NCBI GenBank assembly: GCA_963701295.1
Contig: OY969585.1
Coordinates: 2,848,001-2,912,000 of the forward strand
Length of the DNA: 64,000 nucleotides
Origin: Ignavibacteriota bacterium
GTDB lineage: Bacteria > Bacteroidota > Ignavibacteria > UBA10030
Direction of reading: 5' to 3'
Shown: in pieces, positions 10,407 to 20,925 of the stretch
Layout: each line of letters opens with the position of its first letter
How positions within the stretch are numbered: position 1 is the stretch's first letter
The notes under the pieces: model-generated
Seen by the model: only the letters and a program-made list of their open reading frames with translations
Database searches by the model: none
Told to the model about the DNA's origin: nothing
Made by a program: the position numbers and the translations under genes

Positions 10407-13400
10407 TCACTTTACTACTGCGAATTTACCGATATACTGACCAATGCCAGGTGCATCGACATGGAAAATATAAAGACCATACGCAATATCCATTCCGTCA
10501 TCCGACACGAGATTCCAAGACATAGAGCCATCCATGGGCGATGTATTCTTGTAGAGTGTCTTCACGAGAGCACCAGCAATCGTATAAATCCGTATTGTAC
10601 ACTTCGCCGGTAGTTTCATGAATTGGATGAGACGATCACCACGGCCAGTTGAAAAAAGCGTACGAGATTCCCACTTTGCTGTGGCGAAATATGGATTGGG
10701 TACTACTGTTATTTGACTCAATTGGGTCTTCGCCGCACCATTATCTGTTCGAGAAGCAATCATCTTAAACAAAAAATAATCGCCTGAAAGAAATGGTCGG
10801 AATGTTTTGATGGCGAAACGATCTCCTGGTTGCGGCTCTTTGATCACCCCAAACGGTCTACCATAAGAAATCTTCCACGTCCATTTGAAGTTCCTATTGT
10901 TCACAACTTGATCAATAATCCGGATTGTATCTCCCACGGTTAATGTGCCGGAGGTATCCATGTCCTGAACGATGAACTTCGCTTGAACCCAATTGCTAGA
11001 AGTATCCTTCTTGAAGATGTGGAACTTAACCGGCATTCTTGGATAGGTAGGATCTCCCAATGAAAATGCAGAAGTATCCACAAATGTGTTGTACCATCGT
11101 ATTTCATAATCTGCCGGCCATGCGACTCTATTAGTAGATATAAAATCTTGCGCTACAAGAATCCTCACATTGCTTGACCCAACAACCCAGCCTGTACCAG
11201 CATCATTCACCGCAATCGAATCGTTCAGCACAGAGAGAATCATGCCATCAAACGGGAGCGTAATCTTGCCATTGCCTATGCTCGCCGTATCCGCACCAAG
11301 GATCAACGTATCCGTGACATTGTTGCGGGTTCTATAAATATCGAACGACTTTGTATGATAAATCGGTATGGTCGTATCAGACTTGAATTTTACTATATAT
11401 TGATCGCCATCCTGGATTTGCGCAGGATTTAGGATTGTCAACCTCAGGCTACCTGTTCCTAAACCCTGAGCTACGTGATCCATATCTCCGTTCGTTTGCG
11501 GTGGCAGATAACCCGCGGCCGGTTTCTGGGGCGTGACAACAGCACAATTGATGTCAACGAACTTGATATTCCCAGCATAATCCTGTGAAATGATTTTTGA
11601 GCATTCTGTTGGCTGCAACGGTTTTCCGTTCGGTGTCGGTCCTCCTTTCGAATATGAACACACAGCATAATAATACCGAACACCATTTGTAACTGTTGAA
11701 TCAATATACGAATGTTGCAAACCATTATTCGAACCGCGCCAGAACCGTGCACCGTTAATACCGACTGGATCCGGCCCTGCAATGCTGTCCACAAGATCAA
11801 ACTGTGCAATCGGCTTATAGTATTTAGGATTACCCTGGGAATCTGTAATTTTTTTGACGTCGTCAAATTCCGGTTCCTCACTTCGATAGATCGTATATCC
11901 TTCGAAACTCTTAAAATATCCCTGTGCAGGATCACCGTTTTGATAACCGTAGAAGCGATCCGTTGATGTTTCTGCGATATTATCCCAAAAAAGAGAAACC
12001 TTTTTATCGCTCGGAACCGCTGTAAGATGTGGGGTGTAGGGTGGTTTCGTGAATCGGTAGTTCGCATTATAGATATCTTGTACTGTTACTTTGTTGAAAA
12101 TGAGCGCATCCAAATTATCACCAAAAATAAGCGCCATAGAAAATCGCTCCCGTTTTGTCTGCTTCAGAGGGAAAGGACCAGAAGCAAACACCATTTGAAT
12201 ATTTGAGTTCTCGACCGTTGTGTCACGGAAGCCATTATTCATAGCATTCCACATTACCTCATCGTTACTTATCCATAACCCGGTTGGACCGTGAGTTTGA
12301 TCAAGGATTCTGATTGTCATTGCTGTCAATCCTATCATATCCGATTCGCCTATATCGGTCTCATCAAAATCCGGTTCGCCGTGTGTAGGTATACCGTCAC
12401 CTTCCCCTTCATCTGGTCCTGTGTAATTTAGGTCCGAAGGGCCAAGACCGTCTCGACCAACATCATCATTCAGTGGTTCGCCCGGGTCCCACTTACCATT
12501 ATGGTTCAGGTCGGTGTACGGGATCCAATTATGGTTGTCATCAATATTATTGTCACGACGCTCGTCGACCAATCCATTTAGATTATTATCGATTCCGTCA
12601 TAAGGATTTCCTGGACTTTCGAGGTAGGCGTATCCTATATAACCAGCCACGTAATTGGTAGCGCTTTGCGTTCCTTGACCGCACGTAGGGCACCACGCAT
12701 AAGTCAAGGCGAGAGATTGTCCTGCCCCATGCGTGCTCCTATCGAATAATGCGCTGTTACCTGGAGTGTTTGTTCCTCCTACGCCCGGATCTGTATAAAA
12801 ACCAAAACAGGTTGAATCATAATCATGGTCAGATATGTTCACGATATCATAATGCCAGAAGATGCAATCTTCCGCCAGGACGTGAGTCCATTGAAATCCA
12901 CGTACCTCTACCCGTAGACCAAGTCCTCCTCTGTCTGAATCAGAAGCAATCGGATAATAGTTGAATGGTGGACGCGTCCATTTTTTGTCTTTTGAATCAT
13001 CCATAACAAAAAATGTTTCAAAATCAGCATTCGAAACCCCCAATCCAAAATAGCCGTACCAATACCCATTCCATGCTGGTGTGAGACCAAGTGCAGCAGG
13101 CCATATCGGTGGAAAGGTTGAAGGATCTCTATTCACTGCAGGACTTTGAGAAGATGGATTTGCATAACCGGGAATGGGCTGCAATACCCACTCCTCGCCA
13201 GTCAAGGGATCTTTGCTGACAACTTCTCTGTAAGCGGAGACTAATGGAGTGATCGTTTGACCATTCGGCGCTATAATCTTCGCAGCGATCAACACGGCGG
13301 TTCCATCTAGATATGAATGTCCTGTGCCTTTTGGCCATTCAGCCGATGGTTCATCGGGCCAGTGTCCAACTTCTCCGTCATTTATGTAGACAGTTGAGAT

Positions 13401-13871
13401 GCGATTTCCATCCATAACACTTTTTTTCCGGTACTGAACATTGCCTTTCGGTTCATTGCGATACGCTTGAGTTTTTGCGTCAACGACAGACCCTGCAAGC
13501 CCAAACCCAATTACTTGCAGCGAATCTGGCGATGTCTGATCATTGCTCGTAACAATGAGCCACGCTGAAACGAGACCTGAGTGTGTGGGAATAAAATGAA
13601 TGGTATCAATGTATGACAATGCAGGTGCAATGGTGAACGCCATTTGATTCACTGAAAATTCTGGTTGGGTAAAATTGAGATTCGTAATCTTCAACGTATC
13701 AGTCCCGATATTCGCAATCAATATTGTAGTCTCATTCAGATGCGAATATTCGCCGACTCTCACATCTCCAAAATCAATCGATTGCGTGTTGAATGTGAGT
13801 TTCGGCTGTCCAAAAGCGAAAGTGAATCCCAGTGAGATTAAAATTGGAATAAGCGTTTTTTTTCGAAACAT
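10407..13871 (-). CDS. Large secreted protein (1154 aa): Ig-like N-terminal domain, Asp-rich Ca-binding repeats, FN3-like domain, variant T9SS-like C-terminal domain
   Basis: Signal peptide; IDFGDV...IANIGTDTLKIT (ASH/choice-of-anchor-D-like); DGIDNNLNGLVDE / DLNHNGKWDPGEP / GEGDGIPT repeats; FEGYTIYRS...YIDSTVTNGVRYYYAV; C-terminus ITVVPNPY...IQFMKLPAKCTIRIYTIAGALVKTL...WNL...GLYIFHV...GKFAVVK. Confidence 0.75.
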   Translation of the reverse strand: MFRKKTLIPILISLGFTFAFGQPKLTFNTQSIDFGDVRVGEYSHLNETTILIANIGTDTLKITNLNFTQPEFSVNQMAFTIAPALSYIDTIHFIPTHSGLVSAWLIVTSNDQTSPDSLQVIGFGLAGSVVDAKTQAYRNEPKGNVQYRKKSVMDGNRISTVYINDGEVGHWPDEPSAEWPKGTGHSYLDGTAVLIAAKIIAPNGQTITPLVSAYREVVSKDPLTGEEWVLQPIPGYANPSSQSPAVNRDPSTFPPIWPAALGLTPAWNGYWYGYFGLGVSNADFETFFVMDDSKDKKWTRPPFNYYPIASDSDRGGLGLRVEVRGFQWTHVLAEDCIFWHYDIVNISDHDYDSTCFGFYTDPGVGGTNTPGNSALFDRSTHGAGQSLALTYAWCPTCGQGTQSATNYVAGYIGYAYLESPGNPYDGIDNNLNGLVDERRDNNIDDNHNWIPYTDLNHNGKWDPGEPLNDDVGRDGLGPSDLNYTGPDEGEGDGIPTHGEPDFDETDIGESDMIGLTAMTIRILDQTHGPTGLWISNDEVMWNAMNNGFRDTTVENSNIQMVFASGPFPLKQTKRERFSMALIFGDNLDALIFNKVTVQDIYNANYRFTKPPYTPHLTAVPSDKKVSLFWDNIAETSTDRFYGYQNGDPAQGYFKSFEGYTIYRSEEPEFDDVKKITDSQGNPKYYKPIAQFDLVDSIAGPDPVGINGARFWRGSNNGLQHSYIDSTVTNGVRYYYAVCSYSKGGPTPNGKPLQPTECSKIISQDYAGNIKFVDINCAVVTPQKPAAGYLPPQTNGDMDHVAQGLGTGSLRLTILNPAQIQDGDQYIVKFKSDTTIPIYHTKSFDIYRTRNNVTDTLILGADTASIGNGKITLPFDGMILSVLNDSIAVNDAGTGWVVGSSNVRILVAQDFISTNRVAWPADYEIRWYNTFVDTSAFSLGDPTYPRMPVKFHIFKKDTSSNWVQAKFIVQDMDTSGTLTVGDTIRIIDQVVNNRNFKWTWKISYGRPFGVIKEPQPGDRFAIKTFRPFLSGDYFLFKMIASRTDNGAAKTQLSQITVVPNPYFATAKWESRTLFSTGRGDRLIQFMKLPAKCTIRIYTIAGALVKTLYKNTSPMDGSMSWNLVSDDGMDIAYGLYIFHVDAPGIGQYIGKFAVVK

Positions 13872-13899
13872 ATCTAACTCCTAAATTCGAAATCTATTC

Positions 13900-16677
13900 T
13901 TAGTAATCGACTCTGAAACCAAGCCGCACCTGACGCGGGGCCACGAAACTCGTTGGATCATTTAAGTATTGCTGTATTGTATTCAAGCCGACAATGGCGC
14001 CCGCCTGATAAGTGTACAAATCGATATTCGCTCTACCGCTCGCAGAATTTACATTTACTTCATTTTTTGTATCGAGAAGATTGTAGATTAATGCGAAGAG
14101 GGTGAAATGAACGTCTGCGAGAGAAACAGACTTTTCGGCACTCATATCCACATTAAATGTAGAAGGTTTGAGTCCTCCGTTTTCAAAACGCAGACCGCCC
14201 GAAACGCGAGTATCTTCAGTATAGGGAAATCCTGATCCATACGAAAAAATGAGTCCGACGTTCCAATCCTGAGGTTTGCCCACTGTGAAAGACAAGTTGA
14301 GAGTCGAACGTTGATCCCAACTCAACGGAACTACGGTTTTGTTTGTTTCAATCGGTGGAGATGTTTGATTATTATAAAACACTGACAGGGGATCGGACGC
14401 ATCACCTGAAGCCAGTTGATATGTATAATCAAGCTTCACACCATAATAGTCTGCAAAGCGGCGATCAAGCGAAAGAACAAAGCCTTTCACATTGCCATAA
14501 TCACGATTTACATATCTGGCATATTCAAAACCTTCATAGGTTTGTATAATTTCTGTACCAAGTAAATTACGGATGTCGTTATAGTACACCGAAAAATCAA
14601 GACCGACATTAGTGAAAAGAACCTGTTGAAGACCGATTTCATACTTGGTAGTTCGTTGCGGTTGAAGGTCTGGATTTCCTGCAATTGTGTTGAGGGTACT
14701 CGATGGTGGAACAAGATAATCAGAGTTTGTATACAGGTTGTCGAAACTTGGTATTTGGAAAAAATGCCCATACGAAAAGTGGATTATCCCCTGATCAGTA
14801 ATCGGGAAAGAAATGCCAAGACGCGGGCTAAATTGAGTTTTTTTACTCGCAGCTTTCCAGACATCCGGAAAAGGAAATAGAGGATTCTTTGTCGGATTCT
14901 TTAAATCCATCGGATAAGACGAAGCCGGATCAAAATAATCAAACCGAATGCCAGCATTAATAATCATCATATCGTATTCGACTTTGTCCTGGACATAGGC
15001 AGAGAGTTCGTTAGGTTTTTTAAAATACTCCTGATTACCTGGAGCGCCAAGATTCGGATATCCCAGTTGAGGGATGGCTATACCGGTAATACTGTCCATT
15101 ACTGTCGAGTTTAGATTGATTAAAGATGTTGAATGTGAATAAATTTCATGCTCGCGCCATTCAAGTCCGACACCGATTTTTTGTTTATTTGTAATTTGCG
15201 AATTTAACACCCACTGGACTATTCCTGTTTTTGTATATCGATCATAGCGACTGGTCTGGTTGCCACCTGAACGAAATGTATATGCAGTACCACCGCCAGT
15301 AGGTTGTCCTTGTGCAGGATCAACATAACGCGGATCGAGCGGATCTTCGTAAAGGTATCCCTTATAATTATACCAATTGTAACCGAACTTCAGAGTTTGA
15401 TATGTATTGACCGTCGGGGAATAGGTGATTTGAAACGAGTGAATCCAATCAGTACGATAGTGATTCATAATACCGTCCGGGGTCCATGCAAATGAATGGT
15501 CATAGTACTTATTCCAGTTGTCATCCCACAGACCGTTATAAATGAATTTTAAAGTTCCGATGGAATAGGCTAGTTTGCCATTGAGAGAACGTCTTTGAGA
15601 CGGATTCATTGCAACATATTCTGGATTTCCGATAAGCGAAGAAACATCGGATGAGCTTTGAGGAATGTACTGTTTGCCCCTGACGGTATAGACATAGATT
15701 GGGTTGCCATCTGGATAATACAATGGAACTCCCTGATTGGTTTTCAATTGGTACGGTGTTATATCTGTGACATCATAGACTCGCTGACCATAGAGGTAAC
15801 CTCTATCCGAAGAGTACCTTCCTGTCACAAAAAAAGTCAAACTAGAAATGTACGGAATATAGCCGCTTAGACTTCCTTGAATATTTTTTATCCCGAGATT
15901 CTTTATACTACCATTATTTGGAAAGATATCAGTATGCGAAGTGGCATAGTTACCGGTATAAGCGGAAATGGAACCATGGTACGTCGATGATCCTTCAGAC
16001 GTAACAACGTTGACGATACCAGACATTGCTTGGCCGTATTCTGCATTGAATGTTCCGCTGATGACTTCCATTTCACGAACTACCGAGTTGTCGATTTGCA
16101 GAGGCATGGAGCCATCGTAGGGATCGTTGACTGCAACTCCGTCAACTAAGTACGCTACTTCGCCTGAACGGCCGCCACGGAAATGACCACCAACAACTCC
16201 TGCCTGGATACTAATAACCTGGGAAATATTCTCTGTGGGAATGCGCTTCAATTCCTCTTCCGATACCGTCACAGAGGACGATGTGAGATCTTTTTGCACG
16301 AGAGGCCGCTCGGCCATAACGACCACATCACTTGTCTGAATCGCTTCCGAACGAAGTTTGACATCGATCTTTGTTGTCAAATCGATTTTCACAATAACAT
16401 TTGAGATAGTCGTCTTGCGATAGCCGACGAAACTGACTATAATAGAATATTCTCCCGGTGGTATGTTGTTAATGGTGTAAAAGCCATCCAAATCGGTTAC
16501 AGTGCCAAGTGACGTTTCTTTAACAAGAATGTTAGCAGTTATTAAAGGGTCATTGTTCGCCGCATCTGTCACACGACCAGCAATTTTGCCTGTCTGACCT
16601 GCTTGTGCCATTGCCGGAAAAAGGAGGAATGACACAACAAGGAGATGACCTAGTACATTGCATACAGTCTTCGACAT
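13900..16677 (-). CDS. TonB-dependent receptor (carboxypeptidase-regulatory-like N-terminal domain, non-SusC type), copy B
   Basis: TGKIAGRVTD...GTVTDLDGFY...VSFVGY; plug HFRGGRSGEVAYLVDG, ISGTFNAEYGQAMSG; SPRLGISFPITD...FSYGHFFQ; ends PRQVRLGFRVDY. Confidence 0.92.
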   Translation of the reverse strand: MSKTVCNVLGHLLVVSFLLFPAMAQAGQTGKIAGRVTDAANNDPLITANILVKETSLGTVTDLDGFYTINNIPPGEYSIIVSFVGYRKTTISNVIVKIDLTTKIDVKLRSEAIQTSDVVVMAERPLVQKDLTSSSVTVSEEELKRIPTENISQVISIQAGVVGGHFRGGRSGEVAYLVDGVAVNDPYDGSMPLQIDNSVVREMEVISGTFNAEYGQAMSGIVNVVTSEGSSTYHGSISAYTGNYATSHTDIFPNNGSIKNLGIKNIQGSLSGYIPYISSLTFFVTGRYSSDRGYLYGQRVYDVTDITPYQLKTNQGVPLYYPDGNPIYVYTVRGKQYIPQSSSDVSSLIGNPEYVAMNPSQRRSLNGKLAYSIGTLKFIYNGLWDDNWNKYYDHSFAWTPDGIMNHYRTDWIHSFQITYSPTVNTYQTLKFGYNWYNYKGYLYEDPLDPRYVDPAQGQPTGGGTAYTFRSGGNQTSRYDRYTKTGIVQWVLNSQITNKQKIGVGLEWREHEIYSHSTSLINLNSTVMDSITGIAIPQLGYPNLGAPGNQEYFKKPNELSAYVQDKVEYDMMIINAGIRFDYFDPASSYPMDLKNPTKNPLFPFPDVWKAASKKTQFSPRLGISFPITDQGIIHFSYGHFFQIPSFDNLYTNSDYLVPPSSTLNTIAGNPDLQPQRTTKYEIGLQQVLFTNVGLDFSVYYNDIRNLLGTEIIQTYEGFEYARYVNRDYGNVKGFVLSLDRRFADYYGVKLDYTYQLASGDASDPLSVFYNNQTSPPIETNKTVVPLSWDQRSTLNLSFTVGKPQDWNVGLIFSYGSGFPYTEDTRVSGGLRFENGGLKPSTFNVDMSAEKSVSLADVHFTLFALIYNLLDTKNEVNVNSASGRANIDLYTYQAGAIVGLNTIQQYLNDPTSFVAPRQVRLGFRVDY

Positions 16678-16739
16678 AGTTGGTATACCTTCTCTTTTTT
16701 ACAACTTGCTTAGGGTCATTTTTTTTATTTTAATGATCA

Positions 16740-16774
16740 CGCGAGGCATTTCGAAAGCGTCAAAATACCTCGCG
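16740..16774 (-). promoter_or_regulatory. Intergenic stem-loop with no U-tract (mRNA-stabilising or attenuating hairpin)
   Basis: Minus strand CGCGAGGTATTTTGA-CGCTT-TCGAAATGCCTCGCG, 10 nt after the stop of 16785..19316. Confidence 0.5.
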
Positions 16775-16784
16775 TTGAATTGTT

Positions 16785-19316
16785 TCACTTCAGCAGGAGT
16801 AATTTATGCGTAGCCCCAAACGAACCAGATTCCAGACGATAGAAATAAACCCCGCTGGAAAAGCTTTGTCCCGCCGTGTTGAAGGTCACAGTATAAGTGC
16901 CGGCAACCTGATTTTCATCGACCAACGTCGATACCTCACGACCTAGCATATCGTATACCTTCAGAGAAACATTTCCAGGTTTTTCTATGCTGTACTTAAT
17001 TTTTGTCGAAGGGTTGAATGGATTGGGATAGTTCTGCGAAAGCGTATATTTTACAGGAACAACACTCACCTGTTCCACGGAGACCGTTGGCGTCATCAAA
17101 TTACCAATCCACGTATACGTCCAATGCCACATATCTTGGTACGAGTTGTCATTATTCAACGGGGAATAACACAGCATTCCGTCTCTGAAATCTGCGGCAG
17201 TCTTGTTGTCCCGATCATTGATCTCGAAGTCAATTGGAATTCTCATACCTTCCGCTGGTACAAAAAGCTTATCACCCGACCTGGCTTTGGTGAACGCCGT
17301 AAACGGAATTTTTGCCTCCACGGTATAACCCGAACCAATAATCTTTTGGACCCATGCATAGTCCGGGTTGGGATTCATACCATTCGAATATGCGTACATC
17401 AATGTAACATTTAAACCGTCAAGTCGAACCCGATTCTGGGAGAAGCGAATATGATAATCTGGCTTTACGCCACCGGGCAGTCCGCTATGGAACTTGCCTC
17501 TCCAGTCATAGAGACCGATAAAGAGATCAGGGGCATCCTGTTCGTAGTCAAGTGAGGAGGCAGTATCAACTTTAACCACATCATCGGTCACATCAAACGC
17601 TACATAGAGGTAGTTTGCATCTACAGCCAAGTAGGCCTTGGCAGAGCAATCAGCGTCATTGTCAATAACACCGTTCTCATTCACATGAGCAGTCCCAGAA
17701 TCCTTCGAAATGAGAAATGGTTTGATTCCTGCCGATATCCACTCTGAAAGATCCCCATCAGCAGCGAAGTTTGTTGGCGGAGCTTTAGCAATGGTTGGGA
17801 CACCTTTGGCCAACGTTGTAATAGGACCCTTTAAAGAGGTGCCGCTCAGATTACCTGATACATCTTTTGCCTGGACACCATAATAATAGGTCAGTAATTG
17901 GTTGGTGTTTGGTGCACGAAGAATGTGTGTAACATTGAGTGCTTGAATATTATATGGTGGTATATCCTCGACAGTTGTGTCGGTTGGATCCGTCCACGGA
18001 TGATCAGCGACATAGACATTGTAGGTCACATTGGGTTTGTTTGTGACCGCATTCCAACTAAACACATTCGAGAACGTGCTGGATGCTACGTTAAGTCCTG
18101 TCGCAGAATCCGGCGGAATCACATCAAGAATAGGATTACCCGTCCAGACGTTTGTTATCCAGATCATTTTGCCGGCGATCCCACTGTTTTCAGTCATAAA
18201 CTGGAACACTGTAATAGCAGAAGAATCAAAAGCATGACCCGCATTTTCGTCTATGAAACTCCTTAGTGGAAGAGAGTATTGATGCCATTGACCATCTTGG
18301 GACGGAGTGAATACAGAACCTCTTTTTCCGGCAGCAGCTGTTTCGAACTGCGCACGCAACGCTCCAGTCCCCACATCTACCTTCATCATAAAATTCAAAC
18401 TATCGACATGCCATGCTCCAGCAAGGTTTACAGGAGATTTAAGATTAGCTCCGCCTCCTCCCCAACCGTTGACCTGCACCATCTGAATTGCATTGAGTTT
18501 GGGTGTAGGACCTGCCCCTGGTACAACACTCATAGTGACTCCAGACCACGTCCACAAGCTGCTCGGTTGCACATATGTACCATTGTAGTCCTTCCCTGTA
18601 AAGTAGACGAAAGGAATTGGTCGGTAACCAGTTCTCTCGAATTTATCAAACGATACTTCGATAGAATCTGCCGGAATATTTCCAGAAGCAACAGCGGGTG
18701 GGGGAGTTGTAACAAGAACAAGATACCATGCAACAATTTTATCCCGATCAAGTTTGTGATTATTCCATGTTAATCCGCCCCAATTAGAAGGAGCTACAAT
18801 AAAACCTGTGCTATCCGGGGCTTCTGAACCTGTTGATGGTCTTTCAATAATTGGTATACGAATATTTACCCAGTCCGAGGTAACATTATCAAGAATTCCA
18901 TCATTTTGGTAAATGTAAGTTTCTACAGGATCTCCTTGATTGGGTTGATCAAGAAGCTCCACACGAAATGACATCCATTGTGGATGTTGCGGTGCCATAC
19001 GAACCTTATACCAGAGACTAATTGTATCACTCGAACTATAATCCCATGGCGTATCACCAGTTTTTTGTGCAATCCCAAATTGAGAGAAAGTGCCCCAGGA
19101 ATATAACGAATCAAGCCTTGAACGCACCTTCATCGAAGACCAACCTTCCACCTTATCCGTTGAGTCGATTGAAAGGCGAATATAGCATTTCCCACCTCCG
19201 TTCGCCGTTGTGTATGTGGTGCCGGGGGCATTAAAATTATCAATTGTGTATACTTGTCCATACGAAGCAAATGATAATACTGCGATGGCAAGTGCGAGAA
19301 AAGGTAACATCCGCAT
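16785..19316 (-). CDS. T9SS type-A-sorted surface protein with CBM-like beta-sandwiches, FN3 and a CBM9-like sugar-binding domain (no catalytic domain evident)
   Basis: Signal peptide; ADGDLSEW...YLYVAFDVTDD...GYTVEAKIPF...IPIDFEINDRD (CBM9-like); C-terminus YTLSQNYPNPFNPST...KVYDMLGREV...SGVYFYRL...KLLLLK. Confidence 0.8.
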   Translation of the reverse strand: MRMLPFLALAIAVLSFASYGQVYTIDNFNAPGTTYTTANGGGKCYIRLSIDSTDKVEGWSSMKVRSRLDSLYSWGTFSQFGIAQKTGDTPWDYSSSDTISLWYKVRMAPQHPQWMSFRVELLDQPNQGDPVETYIYQNDGILDNVTSDWVNIRIPIIERPSTGSEAPDSTGFIVAPSNWGGLTWNNHKLDRDKIVAWYLVLVTTPPPAVASGNIPADSIEVSFDKFERTGYRPIPFVYFTGKDYNGTYVQPSSLWTWSGVTMSVVPGAGPTPKLNAIQMVQVNGWGGGGANLKSPVNLAGAWHVDSLNFMMKVDVGTGALRAQFETAAAGKRGSVFTPSQDGQWHQYSLPLRSFIDENAGHAFDSSAITVFQFMTENSGIAGKMIWITNVWTGNPILDVIPPDSATGLNVASSTFSNVFSWNAVTNKPNVTYNVYVADHPWTDPTDTTVEDIPPYNIQALNVTHILRAPNTNQLLTYYYGVQAKDVSGNLSGTSLKGPITTLAKGVPTIAKAPPTNFAADGDLSEWISAGIKPFLISKDSGTAHVNENGVIDNDADCSAKAYLAVDANYLYVAFDVTDDVVKVDTASSLDYEQDAPDLFIGLYDWRGKFHSGLPGGVKPDYHIRFSQNRVRLDGLNVTLMYAYSNGMNPNPDYAWVQKIIGSGYTVEAKIPFTAFTKARSGDKLFVPAEGMRIPIDFEINDRDNKTAADFRDGMLCYSPLNNDNSYQDMWHWTYTWIGNLMTPTVSVEQVSVVPVKYTLSQNYPNPFNPSTKIKYSIEKPGNVSLKVYDMLGREVSTLVDENQVAGTYTVTFNTAGQSFSSGVYFYRLESGSFGATHKLLLLK

Positions 19317-19345
19317 GATAAATCCTCCTATTTATTGGTTATGAA

Positions 19346-20899
19346 TTAATCATTGATTTTATTGTGTACCAATTCAATTCCGTAATTTTTTCCGAGATTC
19401 CGGCTATACTTCTTTTCAATAGCGTTGTTCCAATGCTCCATCACGCCTAAGCTTTTGCACCTGACCTGATCTCTTTCGGGATCGTAAAATGTTTTTGATG
19501 GAGGATCATTGGCTAATGCAGCTTCAATTAAATAATTATCGGCATATTTCATATCTGGGGCATCTGGCCATTCGTTACTTAGAAAATCAAGTCCAACCGC
19601 ATCAATAGCCACTCCATCTTGCGATGCAAAAAGGCTTCCTGCCCAGCTATCGTTGAAGGGAGACATTTTCCATTTGGGCGACGGTGGCCCGGCAACTGAT
19701 TTTGAGCCATACAGACCATCAATCAAAAACAACATGGTCTTTTCGCCTAAATCTTTTTGCCCCATAAAATCGACAAAAGTCATATATTTTGGTTTTCCAT
19801 TCCTGTTCTGGTCAAAATTGTTGTGGGCATTTTTTCTCCAATCGCTGTTAATACTGGTTGCACCATAATAATTTTTGGCACAAAGAGTGACACCTTGACC
19901 AACGTGCCCTTTCAGTAATGCCATATTGATGAGATAATCGGCTTCTACTACACAGGTTGCTAAACCTTTCGCTAATTGACCATTATCGATAGAATAAGGA
20001 ATAGCATTCTCTACATAAGTAGTTTTCACTCGTCCATCGTTTCCGGTATTATCGACAAAAACTACGTCAGTGAATTCTGCATGGCACTTATTGAAAACAT
20101 TGTTGGTAATAAATCGGCTGGCATCAAATACGGTAATATTTTTTTGCGGAACACTTGCATCCTTTACAAGACTTCTCACCAGAGCAAGCACCATTTGTGG
20201 GGAAGCGTTCAATTCATTATCGTCGGAATGGCTATAGGTATTGTTCTCATTAATTTTGATTGCAATTTTCTGGTGGGCAAGATAACCTTCATCTTTATTT
20301 TTCTTTGATTTATTGAAATACCTGAACAATACATCCCAAGCTTTTGATTGGTTCTTTTCTCCTGTGAGCAATGTGATGGCTGCAGGTAACATTTTATCGG
20401 TTTCAGTTTGTGAAGTGTTTGCATCATCCCACCAATTGCCGTTGGTGCCATCCCATTTTGCAACATCCGGATTGTGTACCCATACCACTCTACCCGGGAA
20501 AACGCCTCGTTCCACACCTACGGGTTGGTTGGTTTCAAATTTTGAAACATGAACCGCACACGCATAAAGTTCTTCTATTTTATTTCCAAAAAATATAACT
20601 GAGCATACAACGGCAACGACCAAAAACATTGCCATAGAGATATATCTTCCACGGTTAAAGCTTTTTCCGGCATTCCGGAATGCACATGCCGATCCGAAGA
20701 AAGTTAAAAGATAAATAACGAAGCTTGACATCAAAGGAGCTGCAGCTCGCATACAAGGATATGTCACCCTTTGGGGCTTTGGAATTACCCTGATCAGAAA
20801 CCAAAGAGAAGAAGCCATGCCCAATAAAATATATATTATTTTTACTGATGCACGTTCTTCATAAAGTCTTTTATTCATAATACTGAACCTTGTTTTCAT
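19346..20899 (-). CDS. DUF362-like protein with N-terminal membrane segments
   Basis: WFLIRVIPKPQRVTYPC, PGRVVWVHNP, KIAIKIN, ADYLINMALLKGH..GVTLCAKNYYG, SQDGVAIDAVGLD, SLGVMEHWNN. Confidence 0.7.
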   Translation of the reverse strand: MKTRFSIMNKRLYEERASVKIIYILLGMASSLWFLIRVIPKPQRVTYPCMRAAAPLMSSFVIYLLTFFGSACAFRNAGKSFNRGRYISMAMFLVVAVVCSVIFFGNKIEELYACAVHVSKFETNQPVGVERGVFPGRVVWVHNPDVAKWDGTNGNWWDDANTSQTETDKMLPAAITLLTGEKNQSKAWDVLFRYFNKSKKNKDEGYLAHQKIAIKINENNTYSHSDDNELNASPQMVLALVRSLVKDASVPQKNITVFDASRFITNNVFNKCHAEFTDVVFVDNTGNDGRVKTTYVENAIPYSIDNGQLAKGLATCVVEADYLINMALLKGHVGQGVTLCAKNYYGATSINSDWRKNAHNNFDQNRNGKPKYMTFVDFMGQKDLGEKTMLFLIDGLYGSKSVAGPPSPKWKMSPFNDSWAGSLFASQDGVAIDAVGLDFLSNEWPDAPDMKYADNYLIEAALANDPPSKTFYDPERDQVRCKSLGVMEHWNNAIEKKYSRNLGKNYGIELVHNKIND

Positions 20900-20925
20900 T
20901 GTACAGTAAAATTAAATTTGATATA

